DNA of 64,000 nucleotides from Cycas panzhihuaensis (Eukaryota > Plantae > Cycadophyta). Under the pieces are notes generated by a model. That model had not been told where the DNA came from and did not search any database. It was given only the letters and a program-made list of their open reading frames with translations. The position numbers and the translations under genes were made by a program. Of this stretch, positions 56,591 through 64,000 are shown one piece after another; the first letter of the stretch is position 1, and each line of letters starts with the position of its first letter. The stretch spans positions 70,749,741-70,813,740 of the forward strand of contig CM041465.1 in assembly GCA_023213395.1 (NCBI GenBank). Reading direction: 5' to 3'.

Positions 56591-57100
56591 ATAATGAAGG
56601 AGGTTGGTTTTGGGCTCCTCTTGCCATAGTTTACGAGCTTCCCCATAGAATTTGATGTGATGTTTTAAGGCCCCACTATTTCGGGCAGCTTCCCACGATC
56701 ACGAACGCAGCTCTGATACCACTTGGACCGTTCCTTCTCAGCAATCGGGGCTCGTAGAATTTATATTTAGCAGAAATTGAAGCCAAATAACACGAATGCA
56801 CAAACAGATCACAGAAAATAAGTCACCAAAATGAGTACCGAAGTACTTTCTCCTTTCAAGATATCATACTCAATAACATTATGAGTAGTTTAACCCTTTA
56901 AATACACAAGTAAGGGTCTTCATCCTTAATGATTCTATTGGTGGCCCTAGCGGCCTTACATCTTATTGGACGACTTAGCAGTCTATACACATAACTCTAT
57001 TGGTGGCCCTAGCAGCCTTACATCTTATTGGACGACTTAGCGGTCCATCCTTACTTCTTGGTGATTTCCTCTTGCTAAGGGAATGTGAGGTTATGTTACA
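56591..57100 (-). mobile_element. Young LTR element K: 5' LTR, PBS and ~120 bp of internal sequence
   Basis: LTR 56724-57100 (TGTAACATAACC...CCA). Perfect PBS TGGTATCAGAGC at 56710-56721. CpGs retained. Two ~62-bp tandem units at 56934-57047. Probably gypsy. Confidence 0.8.
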
Positions 57101-57639
57101 AAGTGAGTTGTTCTAGATACCAAAAGATGGAAAAATCAAAGCAAGACAAAGTTGACTAGTTAACTACTCTAAGTGTTGAATATATAATTTCTATCTATTC
57201 TCATGTTAATCCATTATCACATTAAACCCTATTAATTATTTTTTATACTACATAATTAATAATAAATAATTATTAAAAATATTAAATAATTACTATTATA
57301 TAATTTATAAGAAATATATAATAACAAATAATTAATATTAAAAATACATAATAAATATTAATTTTTTAAATTAATTTATAATCAAAATGAAATAAATTAT
57401 TCATTTTAATTACTATTATTAATTATTTTTATATTTCATTTATTTTTTAATTAATTTCATTCTACCAATTTATGACTAAGAACAAACATTAATTCTTTAC
57501 ACCTATAATCACCCTCCTACAAGAAAATATATATACATACTGAAAAACCCAAAAAATAATAAAGCAATCACATGAGTGGTTGTCGCTAATTACTTATTAA
57601 TAAAAAATTAAAAAATATACGTACACACAAAAAAAAAGG

Positions 57640-57781
57640 TTGACCAAAGGCGCGCCCACGTAACGTGGGGTCAATTGTTTTATGACCATGGAATTCAACG
57701 TCGTCTCCCTCACGCCACTCCCTTCTGTGTCCTCCCCCGAAACTTCATTACCCAGCACTTTCGCATAACCCCATTCCGCGT
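57640..57781 (+). promoter_or_regulatory. Proximal promoter motifs of the kinase: inverted W-boxes, ACGT palindrome, CGCG boxes
   Basis: TTGACC at 57640 and GGTCAA at 57669 flank GGCGCGCCCACGTAACGTGGG. CCGCGT at 57776. All conserved in the duplicate at 35612-35753. Confidence 0.55.
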
Positions 57782-57886
57782 TATTCTGCGATATTTGTTT
57801 TGAGTGACTGTGATTCACAACAACTCTGCTTCCCCTCCCCTCTGCGGATTGAGAGACAGCTTCTCGTTTATCATCCACCTCCCTCC

Positions 57887-58634
57887 ATGTCTCGCCCGCC
57901 GATCCACTTCTCTATCGTCTTCTCCGCGCTCTCCCTCTCCCTCTCCCTCACAATTTCCCACGCAGACTCTTCCTACGAGTATTGCCCCCAGAATACCACC
58001 TGTGGCGATACAAATATCTCAGATCCTTTTGGAGTTATAGGGAAGTATGGCTGCGGTGACCGACAATTTCAGGTGTATTGTGTCGACAATCGTCCGCTAC
58101 TCCCCATCGGTGGTAATAACTACAGCATACTGCAGCCCAAGCAATTGGGGTTTCCTTCCCATGGGCCCATTACAATTGTTAAGGATGTGGCTGACGAAGG
58201 AGAATGCAACCCATCGGATTATTTCACTGACCTCTCGGACACCACTGCCTTTACAATTTCTGATCAATACGCCAAGAACATAACCTTTTTCAGCCTCTGC
58301 GATTCCCCACCAAACTGGCCCTCATTTTCCAAATTGCCTTGCAACAGCAGTTGGTACTACTTTTTGGGTCCATTGGACGGTTTGGGTGAGTTAGCGTGTA
58401 AAATACATGGCCAAGTGCCTGTTAACAGGAGTTTAATGAGCCCTTTGCCCAGCGATTTGTTTTCCTCGCTTTCCCAGCTACGAGGGGGATTTGAAGTAAT
58501 GTTGAATTTTGACGAAAATCAAAGTTGTAAGGAATGCCATTCGAGCGGAGGAAGATGCGGTTACAACACTGCGAGCGGCGATGAATTTATTTGCTATTGC
58601 GAGGACGGCCCAAATTCGAAGAAATGCTCCCATG
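57887..58634 (+). CDS. LRK10L1: LRK10L1-type receptor-like kinase, exon 1 (signal peptide, GUB_WAK_bind-like and WAK-associated Cys-rich ectodomain)
   Basis: ATG at 57887. Hydrophobic signal FSIVFSALSLSLSLTISHA. CPQNTTCGDTNISDPF..CG and CKECHSSGGRCGY..FICYC. Donor G|GTAAG, phase 1. Confidence 0.9.
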
Positions 58635-58774
58635 GTAAGGTTCCCGAAACATCGATCGATTTGGTTATTAATTTGAGGTTCTACGTTTCTTGCATATATG
58701 TCTATGCCGCTGACAACTTGTGTGGAATCATCTTAATTTACCGGATGCTCACATTTCTGATGGACGCGTTACAG

Positions 58775-58801
58775 ATCGATCAAAAATTATTCCTGTAATA
58801 G
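58775..58801 (+). CDS. LRK10L1: LRK10L1-type kinase, exon 2 (27-nt micro-exon, DRSKIIPVIG)
   Basis: TTACAG| acceptor and |GTAAGA donor, phase 1 to phase 1. Supplies the start of the transmembrane helix. Confidence 0.75.
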
Positions 58802-58926
58802 GTAAGATAATGTATAAAGATTAGTTAGATTTATTTTAATTGTGCACGGCAGAATCCGTCTTTCTTATTTGCATAGGGCTTTTGGGTTTGGCAGAAGGTT
58901 TGAAGTAGTTCATTTCAACGACGCAG

Positions 58927-60059
58927 GTAGCTGCGTTGCGGGTGTTGCGGTGATCGCAGTAGCAGTACTGATTCTAACATTTTATCTTAGGAGGAGAAAA
59001 CCTCCAACTAATAGGAGGCTTGCCCGCGATATTAACCATGATCAGGCCAAGGATATGGAAGCGGCTCTACCAGGCCTTAAGATAGGTAATTTACCAGTTT
59101 TCTCTTATGAAGAACTTCAAGAGGCAACGAATGACTTCGCTGAGAAGAACGAATTAGGAGATGGCGGGTTTGGGTCGGTCTATCTGGGCAAACTACGGGA
59201 TGGGCGTGCCGCGGCAGTGAAGAGACTCTATCAGGATAACTCAAGGAGGCTTCAACAATTTATGAATGAGGTTGAGCTTTTTTCATCACTTCATCATCCA
59301 AACCTTGTTCGCCTTTTTGGTTGTAGTTCTCCAAGTAGTCCAGAGCTTCTTCTAGTTTACGAATATGTGCCTAATGGTACGTTAGCCGATCATCTCCATG
59401 GGGAACTTAAAGGAAAGGCTCTGTTTTGGAATACCCGTTTAAACATCGCCATAGAAACTGCTCAGGCGTTGGCATTCCTCCACAGCGTTGAACCTCCCAT
59501 ATTCCACAGAGATGTGAAAACGAGCAATATTCTTTTGGATGAGAATTTCACAGTGAAACTTGCGGATTTTGGCCTTTCCAGGCTCGTGCCTGTAGATGTC
59601 ACACACGTTACGACTGCTCCGCAAGGCACACCTGGTTATCTTGACCCAGACTATCATCAGTGCTATCAGCTCACAGAGAAAAGCGATGTATACAGTTTCG
59701 GTGTTGTTTTAGTAGAGATAATCTCGGCCAAGTTAGCTGTGGATATAACTCGCAATAGAAAGGAAATCAGCCTGGCTAATATGGCAATAGCAAAGATTCA
59801 AAATGGGGCCTTGCACGAGCTAGTAGATCCAAATTTGGAGATTGAATTGAACCCTCTGGTGAAAGCAATGGTTAGTGGGGTTGCAGAATTGGCTTTGAGA
59901 TGTCTCGCAGCCGAAAAGGATGACCGGCCACATATGAAGGAAGTTGTTACTAATCTTGAACAAATAAGACAAATGGGGTGTACTGCATGTCCAGATAAAA
60001 AACTCAGTTCAGATCAAAGCCCAGTCCAAAGCAGCGATGAAACCGCCAAATTAATTTAA
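58927..60059 (+). CDS. LRK10L1: LRK10L1-type kinase, exon 3 (TM helix, RD Ser/Thr kinase)
   Basis: ACGCAG| acceptor. TM followed by RRRK. FSYEELQEAT, LGDGGFGSVY, AVKRL, HRDVKTSNILL, DFGLSRL, THVTTAPQGTPGYLDPDY. The stop may be a frameshift, with the true end at 60138. Confidence 0.95.
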
Positions 60060-61940
60060 AGGCATGGCCCCATTTTCTCCAACTTCCATCCAAGAAAAAT
60101 GGTCCAGCATAAGCAGCACTCCCAGCACCAGTGGATAAATTTTCCATGTGCAGCTATCATCTTTGTTTTTTTTTATTTCAAATGAGTTATGGACATATTG
60201 TAGGAAAAGTCGCTGCCAGTCGATTTCCTTTGTGATTTTGTAAATGCAATATGCTTAAACTTCTTTCCAGAAAATTTGGTTTGTCTTCAGGTTTATACAG
60301 AGTCTACTTCGCAAGTCATAGAGCATCTGTTGTTGCTTGGAATGAGTAAATAGTACTGAATGATACATCAAACTGTCAGAGGTCTCTTGTGACGGTAATA
60401 GTGTTTTAAATATTGAAGGAATTGATTATCCAGGTCTATTGAAAACGATGACAACACATGCCATTGGACTCTATAAATCAGTGCATTGGACTTACAATTT
60501 CTGAGTGAGTGCTTCTCTTGTAGTTTTGCAAATTCGTTAATTAATGAGTAAATATAAAATTAAGTGATCCATTTCTGTAGTAACTGGATGTGAACTACGA
60601 TAGCAATATATTTCATCCCATGGACTTCGGCTTCTATTTGTGTTCATTAGTTTACCATTGTGCCTCCACACTTCCATTTACAGGGGAGTCTGATGAGGAA
60701 GCTAATAAGGTTCTTCAAGGCTATTGGGGCCCCATCAAGATAATAATACGGGCTGAGAGGAACAAAAAGGATAAATCCTTTCCTGAGAATGTGAAGTAGC
60801 TACAATTTACGAAGGCATTGTTAAATAACTATTGGATAGTGGGCAGCTTTAGTAGCTGTTGTTTAGGAATTTTTAGTCAAGTGTGTATGGCATCGATTGC
60901 AGCGCTCAGAGAAATCTTAAAAGGGATATTTGATAATAGAAGTTTCTGTTTATTTTAATGGAGTGCTGACAGAAATCTGCCGCTACATGGAGCCTGGTTT
61001 ATCTCCTTACTAGCCCAGCAACTTCTGAAATTTCTCAAAAAACACCAGCGAAAATCTGTAAGCCTCTCTTCATCGAACCACTAGGCAGGTTAGTCTGGTG
61101 TGCAGGTCTTGAAATGGATATTGTCCTGCCCAATTAGTATTTGCTTGCTCGTTTGTCATAGTTGAAGTCTGATTTATCCGTGACATAGGGCCTATGGGCT
61201 GGTTTGTGGGAAGGCTGCATGACTGCGTGAGATTGAACCCGTGACCCGTGGCAGAAAAGATTGGCCGCTAATCATGGCATCTATAATAACGTTAATCACT
61301 GATTACGACACATACGAGTTATGCCTTCTCTTAGGTGTTTTATGACAAATTTACAGCGTGTTCCGAGGGAGAAGGGTTCTCAGATTTCATTCAGCGTGGA
61401 CGGTCGAGCAGCTGTACCCAGTGGCCAGCAAAGAGGAATGTCTGGTTTGTGGGAGCCTAGATTTCTCTCAATAGAAGGAGATGAAATCTGCCGATCAGAA
61501 CAGGAGAAGGAAAGTAACATCGGGGAAAGGGAAGGTAATAGCGGGGACAAGAGAGGAAGAAAAATGGTGGAAATTGAAACCATAGGTGGACCCACATTGT
61601 CACTTCAATGTCAGTGCAAGGATTACGCCCCATTGTGCAAGATTTTCATCTAACGAGGTTGAACGACACGGAAATGATGACAGTAAAGACAACCACTCGC
61701 AGTATAAAATATTATTTAAAAGCTGCATAAGTGGGATGGTACATGTGCACGCTGAGCAGAGCAGATCATGTGAATGGTAAGTTTGGAGATTTCAATCCTC
61801 ACGTATTTGTGAGATGCGTCTGTGAAAACTTTGGGATGCGTGTTGTCCTTATTCGTGTAGGCTGTGGTCTTTGATCTTCAAAGATTAGGAGATTTAAAAA
61901 CCGGTTTCTCTTTTTCAAAATTAGGGTTCGGAGATTGAAT

Positions 61941-61966
61941 TATATATATATATATATATATATATA
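61941..61966. repeat. (TA)n microsatellite
   Basis: Seen directly in the sequence. Confidence 0.9.
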
Positions 61967-63136
61967 ACAATTAAGTAAATTATTAAATAATAAAATTAAA
62001 TAAAATTTAATTATAATATATATTAAAAAATTATATAAATAAATAGAAAGAGATTAAAATTGAAATTAGTATTATTATTAAGCATATAAATAAATAATTA
62101 TATCTTTTTAAATTTAAAGTTTTGTTCAAGTGCCTTACTTTGAAGAGTTTCAAGGCCTTCTCATCTATATCAAGTTTTGGTAAGTTTGTAATATCATTCA
62201 CCTTATAGACTTAAAGAAGCACATTTCAAATTGCAAATTGTTTTTCATTGCCAAAAATCTAACTATGTCTTGTAACTATTACTCCATTATTATATTCATG
62301 ATCCTATACATAAATTTAAAATTTCAACAAATTTTTCTTTTCAACAAGGCAAGAAAATGACCTGACATTTGGCCTTTTTGCATTTAGTTAAGTCACACTA
62401 AATTGAATGAAAGCAACTACTGAAGCATAAATCATCATCCTATCTTAAAGAAATTGAGAGACATATTCAACATTCTTATTCCTCTAAGTTTAGAGCATAG
62501 GGAAGACTAATGCCAGAGCATTATTTGGTCTATGGGTTATAATGAAACTAATAAACAACTAATAATTTTTATAGAATTTAATGCATGACCCATGGTTGAG
62601 TATCATAATTGTGCGACCAACCACGGGCTTAAATACTTTTAACATGAAAATATTGATCCCGCAAAAATTACTTCAACTTTGAGATTTGAAACAAATAGTT
62701 GATGTCACCTCCTACTTTCAAGCACAATATCATTTATTCAACAACTTGTGACTAAGGTGTACTTGCATAGATTTAATTAAATACAATGTTGGTGTCGAAA
62801 CATTATTATTTCCTTAGTCTATTGTCATTTTTTAGTGCCCTAGATAGGTCCTAAGTGTTTAGAGTGAAATCTTACTCCACTCCTCCAAAGAAGTTCTTAA
62901 TGGACTAAGACTCTTGCTTTTGCTATGTGTAGAATAAATCAAAGTCAGAGAGTTATAGGCAGGAAGGTGATTGCATTTGCTATCTCATCTATCCCACTAG
63001 CATTGCTTAGTTGATCACACTACCCTCCATCGGTTAAGGGCATCCCCATGAGAGCACTAAGCTTAGAAAACTGGAAGCGTTAGATGAATAGTTTGATCGT
63101 GTTGGGTACCTCGATCCTTCTCTCTTGTCTCGTCTC

Positions 63137-63400
63137 TTAGAACCCAAAAGACATTGACGCCATTTGTCTACAACATGGAGGATAACCTCCATTTCCTTTT
63201 AGTATATTAATAACTAACATTTGTGATATTTGAGTTTCTGAGTCTCGAATGCAATTGGATAAAAATTCTACGTAATACAACACCTAAACTAAATCCAAAT
63301 GCATCACATTCTAGTTGGGGAGAAGTTCAGTATAAACAAGGCTAGAGTGGTCAACATGATTTCTTTAAAGTAGTTAAATGAGTCATTTCACCCTCACAAA
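63137..63400 (-). mobile_element. Gypsy RT-connection/RNase H fragment
   Basis: FNYFKEIMLTTLALFILNFSQL-ECDAFGFSLGVVL..YPIAFETQKL..IY*KEMEVILHVVDKWRQCLLGS. Confidence 0.8.
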
Positions 63401-64000
63401 ACTATATGAAGAATGATGGATGGGTGAAAAGAAAAGGAAAGAATGGTTACATGAGCGAAGACGCTGTTATAGAGGTGGTACTTCTGTTTCACAAGAGAAA
63501 CATTCCCAGGAAGAAAAGGTAAATAATAGAATGAGAAAGGATTTCACTTGTCGAAGTTTGTTGAAAAGAAATTCTAATAAATCCAAAACGAATCAAAAGA
63601 ACCAATTTAGAAAATACAATTGGTATTGTTAATAGATACAAACTTAAAAGATTTATTTTTTGAGCTCTGAAGCCTAAAAAACCTACTGAAACTTGAACCT
63701 GATGAAGCTCAAACTAGACCCTAAACTGCTCAAAGAAGCACCTAAACCTGCTCAAAACAACACTTGATTTTCTTCGATATCATTTACACTCAATATATGA
63801 AAGTCATAAGTATCCATTTTTGTATTAATAGCCACCTTAAACTTGTGATTATACATTTGTTGATTCACATGATTCAAATTCTATTGATCTTTCTTTATTA
63901 CTTTATACTAACTTTTTATATTAGCTTTCCACCACCCTTTGTGTGCTTCCAACCATCTATGATAATGCTATAACTATTAATATCTTATATATTGCCTATG

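Noticed and set aside
57800-57886. N-terminal extension of the ectodomain ORF
   Set aside because: Starts at TTG. The first in-frame ATG before the signal peptide is 57887.
58842-58926. N-terminus of the 405-aa kinase ORF as a separate gene
   Set aside because: GTG start inside intron 2. Splice phases join it to exons 1-2.
61380-61595. Minus-strand ORF with a hydrophobic N-terminus
   Set aside because: The Leu/Ser/Pro richness simply mirrors a purine-rich plus strand. No recognisable domain.

Overview
AT-rich plant nuclear DNA, probably from a large, heavily methylated genome such as a gymnosperm (inference from repeat style and C-to-T erosion). About 85% is a multilayer nest of decayed LTR retrotransposons, labelled A-M here and mostly Ty1/copia with a tRNA-iMet PBS. 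There are also Ty3/gypsy remnants, a 5'-truncated LINE, a ~1.5 kb (TA)n tract and a 500-N scaffold gap. The only near-intact gene is a 3-exon LRK10L1/WAK-family receptor-like kinase (57887-60059, +). It has a 27-nt micro-exon and a 1-bp frameshift that removes its conserved C-terminal tail. A dead duplicate of its promoter and ectodomain exon lies 22 kb upstream. Main observations: (1) copia 5' leaders share an antisense-facing module next to a variable cassette of host gene pieces, including an apparently intronless ArfGAP retrocopy and a PLS-PPR fragment; (2) split LTRs and matching target-site duplications (TSDs) show that the sequence left of the N gap is inverted relative to the right; (3) the pseudogenised ectodomain keeps canonical motifs that the intact kinase has lost. 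All alignments were done by eye; no database searches were run.
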